Assembly: GCA_030704615.1 (NCBI GenBank)
Contig: CM060731.1
Coordinates: 31,682,001 to 31,746,000 of the forward strand
Length of the DNA stretch: 64,000 nt
Direction: 5' to 3'
Source of the DNA: Takakia lepidozioides
Taxonomy: Eukaryota > Plantae > Bryophyta
Both the position numbers and the translations under genes were made by a program. Positions within the stretch are counted from its first letter, which is position 1. Each line of letters opens with the position of its first letter. The notes beneath the pieces were generated by a model. That model saw only the letters and a list, made by a program, of their open reading frames with translations. It was not told where the DNA came from and did not search any database. Of the stretch, positions 51,056-62,720 are shown in pieces.

Positions 51056-52265
51056 AAGGATATCCTGAGTGACTTGAGCATTCCCGTCCACCAAATCATC
51101 ATTCACTACAAACAAATTCGTTACAAAATTTGCTCGCATAGCTTCTCCCTAGAAAGTGTGCTCAAAAGCCCGTAAAATCCAACATTGTTCCCACTCCGAG
51201 ACAATCATGTCCGTACAATAAATGTTTTCTCTTCTCATGTGCATAATTCTAAAAAATTATAGCATGAAGATCATACAAACGTTCTTCTATATCTTAGTAA
51301 GGCATGGTATCCTGTGGGGAGATGGCTGTCATGGGTGGTGCAGGGCGCAACCAAGAAATTGAAACTGAAGAACACTTCTTCTTTTATTGCCCTCTATATT
51401 ACGAGATTCCACTGTCTAATCCGCGGAACTCAATCTCTCACTGAAGTCTTCCACTATGAGGATCAGAAATGATTGGCAGCTTACCTGCACGAGGCCTTCA
51501 CCCTTAGAATTCCTCAAGCAGTACTTTTCTTTTGGCTCTTCACACTTCATAACTCCGAAATGGCCAATTCGGCGAACCAATAACATCTCTTGACAGTTTT
51601 TCCTAAGGGTGGATCCTATTCTCGATGCAGACATGAACGTTCGCACTGACAAGTGCCAGGAATGTTAGTTAAAACGGTTAGACAACCAAGTTGTGCTCAG
51701 AAAGACAAGCCACATTTCTGTTGTATCGGAACTAAGCATCCCAGTGCACATGACGAAACGGAAATGCGGTGCCGCATTCCCGTTCGACATCGTCCTCTCT
51801 CTGATTGTGAACGAAAATGCGGCACTGCCCTACTTGCAAAGGAAGAGCCCGGACGGAAATGTAGTACCGCTCTCATGGTTTTTTTCCATTTTGTCGCATA
51901 AGCTCTTTGAGCTTTCCGCGGATGTTATAAAGTACCATTTCAGTTCAGTTCATTTGTCTTTCTCTTGGCAGAGAACTGTCCAGGAGACCATCTCCATTTC
52001 TCTCTGAAACTATCACAATATCCTTTCTGTTTCCCTTCCACTCTCTAGGCCCTAACCTTCGTACCTCAACAATGGGTCAGATCTCTTGTTTGGTAGAGGG
52101 CCACACTCCAAGGCAGTCACGGATTCATTAGCAACGTGAATTTCCGAGATTAGAACCACACTTGGTTTCCTTGAATGAGACGATGGTAAGTGGTTCTTGA
52201 GTGAGTGTACACATATTTTTTCCAAGTTGCATCTTTCTCAGAGGATACATAGCTGATAAACTTAC

Positions 52266-52791
52266 TTGGACAACGAGGTACGAAGGCTTCCGGTTTTCTC
52301 CCTCTAGCAAGTTCACCTTCACGAATTCAAAGCCGTCCACCTTCAACATCATTTCAAAACAGGTCACGTTAATGCCTATGGCATACATAGAGACAATGGT
52401 TGCTGAAATCTTCCCACAAAAAACAGCGTCCCCTAACAACCTCACCCAAGTTCACTCTCCAATGGTTAATTGGTACTGTCACCACCTTCTAACAGGTGGA
52501 GGAGCCACTATATTTTACACAGGCTCCCCATCAGACTTGTGGACTCCCTCTTTTCCAACATTTGGAATGTTAGATTTGTCCAGGCACATCCGGCTCACTG
52601 TTTTTCACTAAACTTCTGCGCAACAGTTGCATTGGTCACTCTGACACTAGCACCAGTTTCAAATTACAACAGCAGGAACGTAAACTTGATAAATGCAAAC
52701 AATATCAACTAGGTTCATCTAAGCGCTCGTAGAGTGCAAGCACCACTCGCCGAACGTTGGGAGTGTTAAAGCCATACAACTTCATCACCAT
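52266..52791 (-). pseudogene. Phi-class glutathione S-transferase exon-1 fragment split by an insertion
   Basis: 52791-52726 gives MVMKLYGFNTPNVRRVVLALYE and 52343-52266 gives KVDGFEFVKVNLLEGENRKPSYLVVQ followed by a GTAAG donor. No downstream GST exons were found. Confidence 0.7.
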
Positions 52792-54601
52792 GGTTGACAC
52801 CTACGTTCCACAACTTCACACAGATGTCACCGTTTGGTATGTTTGCACTGAAACAATCCAGTCCAAGTATCCAGAGATCCTTCTTCCAGAATATAAACCT
52901 GCGTCATTAGATGAGTATACCCCTCCAAAATCCTAGTGCCAGGCGGATGAGTACCAAATAGCAGATCTCATTTGACTCCAGATGAGCTAAGATTTACACA
53001 TGTATCAATGGCCGGTGAAGAAATAAGAGAAGAACTGTTTAGCTTCAGATTGACAGCGATCGTGCCTGCGTGTTATGAAGGAGAGACATACCTTTTAAGC
53101 CTTCCTCGACACCAGTGCAAATGCGCTTCCAGGGACCTCTCCAAACCCACACTGTAGGTGAGCTAGTGAGATTGTTGAGCTTGGCGATCCAGCACCCTGT
53201 GTGCTGCACTAAACTATGAGGAGCGCAATTTCCTCCGAACCTTCCGACTACACACCTCTCGGCCATCCTGAATGTTGTCCCGCCCACATGGACTGGCCGT
53301 GGCTTGTGGTATGACTGCCTGTGCATTGGCCCTTGTCTGGAGCTCCATCCTCTGGGCTGTGGGGCTTTGTCCACTCTGTACTCTGTGGGCTCATGTGCCC
53401 TTATTGATTCTATTCATTTCGAAATGGTTCAAGTTCCAAAATTTACATTCTAAAAAGGGGCTCTGCTTGCAGAGCCTACCAAGGTAGCCCTTTATATACT
53501 CTCTCAGGGCGGTGGTGGACCCTTCTACACAAGGGGGTATTCAGGGCTGGCAGGTAGTTGTATGCTCTTGACGGGAGTGAGGAGGCAGCCCACCACTTGA
53601 AGCACCAGCCATCGTAGGTAGGCCCCGATCCCACACTCTTGCTTTTTACAGTGTGGATTTTTGCATTGGGATTAATCTCCACGATGGCGTTTTTTGTACG
53701 TCGCATTCCCATTTTAGTTGGTTGGTTTTAGGGCACTACTTGGTTGTCTTTTCTCCTGTCATTTCTCCTGTCATTTCTCCTTTCTACCCCCTCTTCTTCT
53801 TGCTGTATATTTTTTATTTGAACCACATTTGGTTATTCTTCTCCCTTAGTTGTCCATTGGCTGGTTTCTAAAGTTCAAACTTAATACTTTTTTGGTGTTT
53901 AATTGTTCTCGACTTTGAAACTTTGTTTACAATTTTTTTCTTGTTACATTCAGGTCACTCCCAAAAGTGAAAGAAGGCAGGCCCCCATATCCACCACCAG
54001 AATGTGGCAGCTGCACCTGAATTACTGAGTGAGTTGAATATATTTTTTAAATTATTATTCACAAATTTGAGGGCAATATGTCATTCTGAATATGCTTGAT
54101 GAACCTGTCTGTGTTTTGTTTGCTGCAGGTCTATCACTGACCAGCCAGCCAACAACCTGCCACGGAGAACAACCTTGCACAAACAGCCCAAGTCAAGGTT
54201 AGGTAGTTGAACAATAAACCAAATGGTCTTTGTTTACTGATCCAATGATCATAAGCTTTTGAGCATGCATATGTTTAATATAGTACAGAGATCACCGGAG
54301 ACTAGAGACTAGATGATTATGTGTGTTATGGTAAACTCTTGGTAATCCGGGCAAGTTGATGTACTGGTTTAAAACCATCGAAAAAAAACCCATGGTCTAT
54401 ATTCACATACTAATAAAATTTAATCATTCTTACACATATATTGTATTTTGTGAATGCGGGCAGGATTGTGTTTGTGGTGTGTGAATTAGAATAAGGAGAT
54501 GATCCCAAATTGGTCAATACGTGGGAAGATAGAGTTCATGTCAATGTATTTATGTTGTTGGCATATATATTTCGTAGGATTAAATCCATTTCGTTGTTTA
54601 T

Positions 54602-55100
54602 ATGGAACCAAATTTCTTTGATGAATTGGAAATGGATGCAACGGGTGTTCGAAATCCTGATAATGTCTCGGCAAGTGCGCACAATCATGACTCTAAAGCT
54701 CAATTGACATTATCATCTTTGGGAATTCCAGCTGCATCAATTGGGATGTCTTCTTCCACAATATCGACAGGAGAACAAGATGTGAATGCAGATGTGAATT
54801 TAGAGATCCTAAAAAAGCAGCGGGAATTTTGGCATCCACACCATAGGATTTCGGTAGCATGGGCATTTTTTGCAGTGGCAGATAATGAACCGATTCAAAC
54901 GGTCAATGCACAAACACTAAGGTGTGTCATTTGTCATCAGGATGGTTGCAACAATGGAAAGAAAGTTGGTTACATCACTTACAAGAGCAAACAAGGTACT
55001 TCTACACATTTTCAAGCATGTGGATACTGGATAGGGAGAGAGAAAGACCTATAACTCGTAATCCAGCCAAAAAGAGGTCTGGCCCTACTCCAGGTGAACT
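54602..55100 (+). mobile_element. hAT transposase N-terminal (BED-like) fragment
   Basis: S.AWAFFAV.D....Q.LRCVIC....GYITY.SKQGT.T is a BED-finger-like pattern. It degenerates after ~55010. Confidence 0.5.
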
Positions 55101-56285
55101 GCCTCTGCGATGTGGTTGCAAGCATTATATCGATGCCTGAGATTGTTGACTTTGAAGGAGGTAGCAAGAGGGAAAGTTCTCCTTCAGAAAAGGATAACGG
55201 AACCTCTTTACATGTCCTAGCTGTGAAGCTAGCTCCACGTCCAGAAACTAGAATCACATTCAAGACGGTCATCCACTGCCACCTTCACTGTGGATCCCAA
55301 AATCCCTATGTCCTCCATAGTTTGGGAGTGACCAGCAGGATCACATATAGGATTTTGAGAGTTGCGCAAGGAGTAGGCCGAATTGCCCATCTCCTCAGTC
55401 ATGAAATCAAAAGAGGGTTCAATACGATTACCTCTCTCCCTAGCCAGCTGTTTGAGCCTCATCGTGGCTGGCAGAAGACATCTGGAAGTCAGGTCAAACC
55501 TCGAGCCTCAAAATGTCGTTTACCTCTGCGCTGAACCCAAGGGGGTCTCCTTCCTCCTTGCGATCTATCCAACCCAAAATCTCTGAGCAATGGCGCCTAA
55601 ACAAGTAACGAAAGTTGGAGGGCTAAATCCAGGCCAACGCACACGAGCAAGTCTCTTCAAACACAAGAGGTAGTCCTCATTCAGGCACCCGACAATCCGC
55701 TCGACTTGCTCGGTTGATGCGCCCAGTGAGCGTGCCCACTTGGCAATTGATGCAGCTTGAGTCTCCAAAATGTGCAGGTGCAGGGGGAGGCAACACACCC
55801 GAACCCATGTTATACTATGTAGCTTCAACCTTCCTCCACCAATTTGCCTATGCAAACAAGGATAAACACAAGGATGAGCTACACGATGCCCTAACTGCGC
55901 ACAGTCTAGCTCAGGTATCAAACAATGAACACTGCCTTGAATGCGCACCCTGAGTATCAATGCAATGTCGGCCCATCCTCTCTCACAGCTATGGCTCAGT
56001 CTCTGGCACTTGCCCGCAATTTCCAAGTTTCCTCGACTGAAAGAGAAAGAGATAATGGAAGATGCAAATCGGAGCAGACCACCAACGACAACCTGTCAAG
56101 GCATCTGCAACGACAACCTGCAACAAAGTATGGAACACGCGCGAACGCCACAACAGACGAGATCACATCACAAGGCAAAGCGCGGGAAGGAGAGAGACGA
56201 CGCTCAAAACGCGGGAGCAAGCAAAAATCGCTGCAGAAGCAGACCCCACCTCCTGCGCAGCCAAAAATTGCAACCCTAACAAAAC

Positions 56286-56326
<41 letters not shown>

Positions 56327-56707
56327 CTAATCGCGCATTGGAATCCTGACTGCCATGTGGCTGGCATCCTACCCTCCAAAAATCAGGTTAATCGGTTAAA
56401 ATCCGAGAAAAACAGAGCCGAAAAACCAAAACATTCGGCCGAAAACGGGTCAAATGGGCACTTAGGGGTTAAAGCTTTTCTTCTTGGTTTTCCCCTCTAC
56501 TTCCCCTGCAGGCCATTGTGTTCCTTCAAGAACACAATCTCTCTCAGGGGAAAATCCAGAAACTTACTAACCAGCTTTGGCCTAGATCCAGCTCACTGGG
56601 AACCCTCGCACGACGGAAATCAAGGGCGGTACAGCCATTCTCCTCTCCCCTTCTTTTAAACAGCTTTTGGTAAAAGACGAGATCTGGGAAACTGGTAGGG
56701 TCCAGTT

Positions 56708-57916
56708 CAGTGTTGGGAGGGTATATTGATTTTTTCTACCCTCGAGGTAAGGGTATATATGATTTTGGGGGTCAAACTTATCCTCGGGGTAAGGCTATAA
56801 TCTATTTTTTGAAAAATATTTACCCCCTGGATAAGGGTATATATAAATTTTTGGTAAATATTTACCCTCAGGGTAAGGGTAATTGTAGGATAATGGTACC
56901 ATTTTTATATCCTATGGATATCCCAGGGTAATTATAAAGGGTTAATTAATTTAACTAATTTAATTAATGAATTTAATTAAATACTTAGAATATTGTGTAA
57001 CATCCCCATTACATAGAATTTAACGGGATATGCCTTTTATTTTGAAAAAACAATTGTTTTTTTTTTTGTGGCTTATGAATAGCAAAATTTTAGCCCTCAT
57101 TTATGCTCCTCTAATGGCCCTAAAATATAATAAGAAATAATCTAAATAAAACAAATCCAGGGCCACATCCCCTGTTTTCCTAAAAATAAAAATAAAACAA
57201 AAACAAAACAACACAACACAAAACAACACATTTGATCATAATGAGGTCCAAAATCACCAGCGCTTGAAGAATATGCTTTGCACGGTACAACGAATGGTGG
57301 GGACCAAGGAAGGAGAGAGCTCGGCAGTGGCAGGGACCGCCACTAGCACATGCTTTTTGCAAGAAGGAGAGAGTGGCAAGGACCAGTCTTGGAGCATAAG
57401 TAGAGGAAGACCAACGAAAGGAAAATAAATAAAAATAAAATAAAAAGTGCACTTAGTGCCACTCAGATGGTTCTGGGGTCAAATCTTGCTACCTTGATGG
57501 ATGTGGTATGTTCTGGGTGGTGTCCTATGCGTAAGCCTTCACAACGAGGTTACCCTAAAAGAGGTTATATTTCCCTCTCACTATAACTAAGGGGCCTGAT
57601 TTGTGAGTTGTCGCTCCCAGGTGTTTCCCATTATTATATATATATATACCACACCTAAACCTAAACCCTAGTAATCAAACTATTATACCCTTCCCTATTA
57701 CCCGGCCATTGAACAGATTTATCCTCAGGGAAAGGGTATCCTTCGAAATTTCAAACCCAAGGTTATAATCCATTAAGGCTATAACAAAAATAATTACCCC
57801 TGATAAGGGTAGGGTAAGGGTATTTTTGAATTTCCAGGGTAGGGTATATCCATATACCCTTATTGGGTTTTACCCTTAGGGTATAATGGCAGAAAAATGG
57901 TATCCTCCCAACATTG
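56708..57916. mobile_element. Non-autonomous hAT element (1209 bp)
   Basis: TIR CAGTGTTGGGAGG / CCTCCCAACATTG. TSD GTCCAGTT (56700-56707) / GTCTAGTT (57917-57924). Many subterminal taccc/gggta repeats at both ends. Confidence 0.88.
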
Positions 57917-57949
57917 GTCTAGTTCTCTTCTCTCATCTTTCCTAATGAC

Positions 57950-58114
57950 TCCCACCCAACAGGGTTTATCAACATCTGCGCCCCCAATGATGCTTCTGAA
58001 AGAGCTGCGCTATGGGTGAAAATCACTAACTTCATAAGCCTGGAAACAAACATCAGCAGCTGGATTATGGCGGGGGATTTCAACATGGTAGATAGAAGGG
58101 GCAGGGGTTCTTAC
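57950..58114 (+). mobile_element. LINE endonuclease fragment
   Basis: GFINICAPNDASERAALW...WIMAGDFNMV is an L1-type APE motif. It is cut by the hAT end at 58115. Confidence 0.65.
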
Positions 58115-59285
58115 CAGTGTTGTGCGGGTCTTGCCTTTTTAAGAAACCCGCCGGTTCCGGGTTCGGGTTTTTTTGTGGAGCCTAATCCGGGTTCGGATCC
58201 GGGTTTTCGAAATTTGGAAAATCCGGGTCTGGGTTCGGGTCCGGGTATTTGAACGTGGAGTCGGGTTCGGGTCCGGGGTAGTTGCTGGAAAATATTGACG
58301 GGTTCACGGGTTCGGGTCCAGGTCCTAATTAATTGAGTAAATAAAATTAAAAATGGAATTAATTAGATATAACTATTTTTTGGCTGGAAAAAAAAACTAT
58401 ATCCTAATGGTGAATTTTGTTTTGAAACATGTTCCTTCAAGATGTACCATGCGAATATATATGGCTCCTTCGTATGCTACCAAAATGATGATACAAGAAT
58501 TAAAATAGAATTTCAGTTTATCCATCATTCAATTTCAATCCTTAGACATGTACATAAATGCAATATGCCTCAAGCTCATAGACTACTATAGAAAGGAGAA
58601 CACATTCATTCTTCCTCAAAAAGTCCAGCTTCTACAATCAAATCCTCGTTCTCAGTTATGAGGATCTCTTCTGTATCCAGAAAGTCTTTCATAGAAGTAC
58701 TTAAGCAACCGTGTCGAGGATCATCTGGCCAATTCTTGTAGATGCTTACAAGCATGTCCAAATTGTCAATGCCCAATTTGCATCTCCTCAAATTCGTGAT
58801 AATCCCTGCAATGCTGAAAACCCTCTCTGCCTCAATTTGTGAGCCAACAACCCCGAACACCATTCGCGCCAAATACCCCACATATGGAAATTCGGCTTCA
58901 TGTTTCTTCCATCATGTCAAAGGAGCTACGGAATCTGCTTCACTCACAGCTCTCATTCTGAAATGCATCATTTGCTCTTTAACCACTGAAAATGCTACCT
59001 CAGAATTGGGTCTTTGTATTGCAAACAAAGACATGTCCTCCACCACAGATGGACAATCTTCATCATCCATGGTCTGAATGTTCAAGATGTTGAAGCATTT
59101 CACAAGAAGATGAAACAACATCCTGGTGTCATACTCATAGTGCATCCGCATCCCGTGGTCTTTTCCAACATACTGAGCCAGCAATGATAATCTTTTGAAC
59201 CGAGGATTAAGTATAAGGCAAAACATGTTGCGAGTTCTACGCGCCTAGTAGGTTTCCATAAAAGACAAAAATGACTCCAACACTC
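58115..59285 (-). mobile_element. hAT transposon 3' part with dimerisation-domain transposase fragment
   Basis: TIR CAGTGTTGTGCGG at 58115 preceded by GTTCTTAC, with ccgggttcggg subterminal repeats. Translation CLILNPRFKRL...PLT*WKKHE..FPYVGYLAR..GVVGSQIEAERVFSIAG..RRCKLG..NLD has a stop where W is expected. Confidence 0.88.
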
Positions 59286-59600
59286 CACTACAACAGATCA
59301 CAGTAGTTATGACTGCCAAACCGTGGTAGTCATGGTTTTCATGACTTTGACCATGACTGCACCATGTTTTTATATGAAATTGACCTCCCGCAGTCGTTCA
59401 TACGACTGTAGTCATATGAACGACTATCTAAATAGTCGTCTGTATGACTACATGGCTCCGGAATGGGCGGAAGGCTGGTCAACGGCAATTGACCAGATTT
59501 AGCTCACCATTCATAGTCATTTCCATGACTACAGTGTACATGGATGAGGTTACATAGTCATGATGACTACTGGGGATTTTGTAATTTGGTGTGTATAATA
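59286..59600 (+). mobile_element. CACTA element terminus
   Basis: CACTACAACAGA at 59286, exactly where hAT similarity stops, followed by dense ATGACT/AGTCAT subterminal repeats. Confidence 0.7.
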
Positions 59601-59875
59601 CAATTAAAACACCATATGATCATATGAATGACTAATGGATGTATTGGTTAACAGGTAATGAACTATAACTCTTATAGTAAAGAGGTTGCAGGTTCAAACT
59701 CCTCTAAGTACAATCAAATGGATAAGATGGCCATAGGGTTAGTAGGCGAGCTAGGGATAGCACGTGGTACCCTAGATGGACCATCCTGAATGGTACAGAG
59801 AATTATACTGTCTCTTTTTTTGGTGTTCATGCGGTATCGTCACAGTCCTGTGTTGTGTGTAATCTTGATGATTCA

Positions 59876-61612
59876 ATGTTGTGCACTATCCCTGAGCTCT
59901 TGGGGTTGGATTCTGAAGCTGAATTGCCTGAGGGGGAAGTAGATGATAGTGAATCAGATTCTGATTGTGACTATAATCCAGAAGACGATGACCTTGTTGA
60001 CATCGATAATCCTGACTTGATGGACTACTGTGTGGACACGGGGAATTCAACGCGTGAGGTGGGATTATATGATTTGCCGCCCAATTGGGAGCAGTGGGGT
60101 CCTGCTGAGTTATTTGGTGATGACATGTGGAACTCCTCTGCTACTGAATTGTTAGACATTACATGGTTAGGTGGGGATTAGGGTCCTCGTTTGCCTTTTG
60201 GAGATTCGGCAAATCCAGTTGACTTTTTCAATTTGTTTTGGCCACTGTCGGTCATGCGCCGAATTTGCAGCATGACCAACTTGTATGCCAGGACAGAAAA
60301 CCAGAATGGAAACCTGAAAGGAAGTAGATGGTGGTACCCTATCACCATCCGTGAATTGAAGGCTTGGCTTGCTGTTCACATGCTCATGGGAATCAAAAAA
60401 TTGCCTAGTACTACATTGTATTGGAAAGCCAACAATGCCTTCTTCAATTGCCCTTCCATCATGCGCATTATGTCCCGCAACCGATGGGAGGCAATTCTGA
60501 GGTGCCTCCACCTTGTTGACAACAGGGATGTATGCACTATTGACATTGACCCTGCTTTTGATAAGTTAGCTAAAACTAGGTGGTTGCTAGATGCACTAAA
60601 TGGTTTGTATGCCACCTACATGAGCCCCGAGCAGAATTTGACTGTGGATGAGCAAATGGTGAAGTACAGGGGCAAATGTGTCCGAATCCAACAATACCTG
60701 AGCAAGAAGCCTGTGAAGTGGGGTCTGAAGGTGTGGTGTTTGTGTGGTGCATGTTCCAAATATGTTCAGAAGTTAGAGGTTTACCTTGGGAAGGATGATG
60801 GGAATGATATGACCCATGGCAGTGGATATTGCGTGGTGACAAGGTTACTAGAAGGATTTGAGGGTAAGGGCCATATTGTAACGATGGATAATTTTTTCAG
60901 TAGCCCCATCCTGTTCTATTATTTGGCAGCAAAACAGATCTATGCTACTGGCACGGTAAAAACCTCTCGAGTGGGCTTTCCTACGTGCCTTGATTTGGGG
61001 AAGAAGGGTGAGAGAGGTAGGCTGGAATATCGTGTTCACATAAGTGGCAAAGTAGCCGCTATTGCCTGGATGGATGTCAAGTTGGTGACCATGATTTCCA
61101 CTGTCATTTCCCCTGTCGGTCCTGATTGCTTCATACAAAGATGGCACAAAGGGGCAAGACGTGCTGTGCCTACCTCCCCTATTGTGGTTCATTACCAGCA
61201 GCATATGCGAGGAGTGGATGTTCAGGATCAGCTACGGGGTTACTACTCTGTTCAGACCAGGGACCATAAATGGTGGCACCGCTTGTACTTTCATGGAGTT
61301 GACACTTCTTTGGTAAATGCTTACATATTGTACCTGGGTTTTATGAGGGGAAAGGGCCACATTCCTCTTAGCCACATGCTTTTCAATTTGGAGGTTGCAA
61401 AGGGACTAATTGTGGGGTGGGTTCCTCCCAGGAGAACAGTAATGTCAGGGGCAGATGTGCCCAACCCGGGGTCCGTGCATTTCTCCCTCAAGACTAGTAG
61501 GAGGAGGAAGTGTGTTCAGTGCGGTATGCGTCAAAGGTATTTTTGTCACGCGTGTGGAGATGTCTATATGTGCCTTGGACGATGCTTTGTCAAGAGCCAT
61601 AGCCTTCTCTGA
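59876..61612 (+). CDS. piggyBac (DDE_Tnp_1_7 / PGBD-like) transposase with one in-frame stop in the N-terminal region
   Basis: The acidic N-terminal ORF and the 473-aa core (60191-61612) are in the same frame, separated by TAG at 60179-60181. Catalytic motifs TVDEQM, TMDNFF, GVDVQDQ; also KPVKWGLK, ATGTV, KWW.R; C-terminal CxxC..CxxC..CxxxC..H domain. Confidence 0.9.
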
Positions 61613-62234
61613 TTATAGATACTTCTATGTTCAGTAATTGATATGGTTGATTTCATACTGCAGAGACGTGGAGACCTTTGATGCCAAAGAGGGGGTATCC
61701 TCCTTACGGCTCTTTTTCTATGTAGTGGTGTTCTGTCTTTTTCTAAACACAGTGGTGTGTTTGGGGGTTGGTTTGTTGTTGGTAGCCATGAAACATTTGT
61801 ACTGAGGATCCAGCCGTAGAGAGTCGCTTGACAGTCCAAGGAGAGGTATGATTTTGTGGTTGTGCAGTATTGGGGTTCACTGAGTCCTGATCTGAATGGT
61901 TTGTTTGCTACTCCAGCTTTTTGCCTTAGTGTTCATGTAGCTCCGAGGTCTTTGCTGCAACAATTTTGTGTTTCAATTAGGACTGAGTCCATTTTCTTTG
62001 TGTCTAGTATAATTATGTGGTAGTCCCCCAGTCAAGCGGGGGTGCGCACAAGGGTGGAGACTCCTTCCCTCCCTACTGGGGAGGAGTCTCCCCCCTTGTG
62101 TTCATGTGTGAATTGCCAATTGGGGCAAGTTAGTGCCAATTGCCCACTCACACAATTCGGCGTGTAAAGGTGGGTTCATCTTGGTTTTTCTGAGTCTGAT
62201 TTAATGCTAGTGCTGGCCACATGTTGGTCTTTTT

Positions 62235-62720
62235 TGAGCTGCCAGTTGGGGCAGGCCACTGGGTTCAATTCCCACTCACACAATGGAATTATCTGTGTTC
62301 AGGTTTGTATGTTGCCTCATTATGTTGGAATTTTGCTGGCCTTCAAGCTTGTGTGGCTGCCTCATTGTCTCTAAACTTTCGGAGTGTGCAGATTGTGTGG
62401 AACTTGGCCAAAAGCCTTCAGCATGGGCTGCCAATTGGGGCAGCTCCATGGGTTCAAATCCCACCCATGCTTGGCCACTAAGGGTGGGAGATGAAGGTGA
62501 GGCTGTTTTGCATCTCTATATTTTGGGAGCTTGGGCTTGTGTGGAATTTGGCTTCAGCATGGGCTGCCAGCTGGGGTAGCTCTGTGGGTTCAAATCCCAC
62601 CCATGCTCTCCCACTATGGATAGGAGATGAAGTAGTTGGCTGTTGTGCTTGATTCTGGCCTTTGTCTTCATGTTGCTAGACTCCATTTTGTGTGCCTTAG
62701 GCTTGTGTGGAACTTGGGCA
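62235..62720 (+). repeat. Degenerate tandem repeats carrying Pol III B-box-like motifs
   Basis: gctgcca(g/a)ttggggcag....gggttcaa(a/t)tcccac with the B-box-like motif at 62261, 62450 and 62586. Confidence 0.65.

Noticed and set aside
52800-53280. OTU-protease-like motif (GGNCAPHSL) on the minus strand
   Set aside because: A single short motif in a broken frame is not enough support.
55925-56659. 244-aa ORF with a poly-Lys run
   Set aside because: It reads through a poly(A) tract and a probable TE end, with no recognisable domain.
61715-61727. TGTAGTG as the right end of the CACTA starting at 59286, enclosing the piggyBac gene
   Set aside because: Only 7 bp match, there are no subterminal repeats and the 3-bp flanks (CTC vs GTG) differ.
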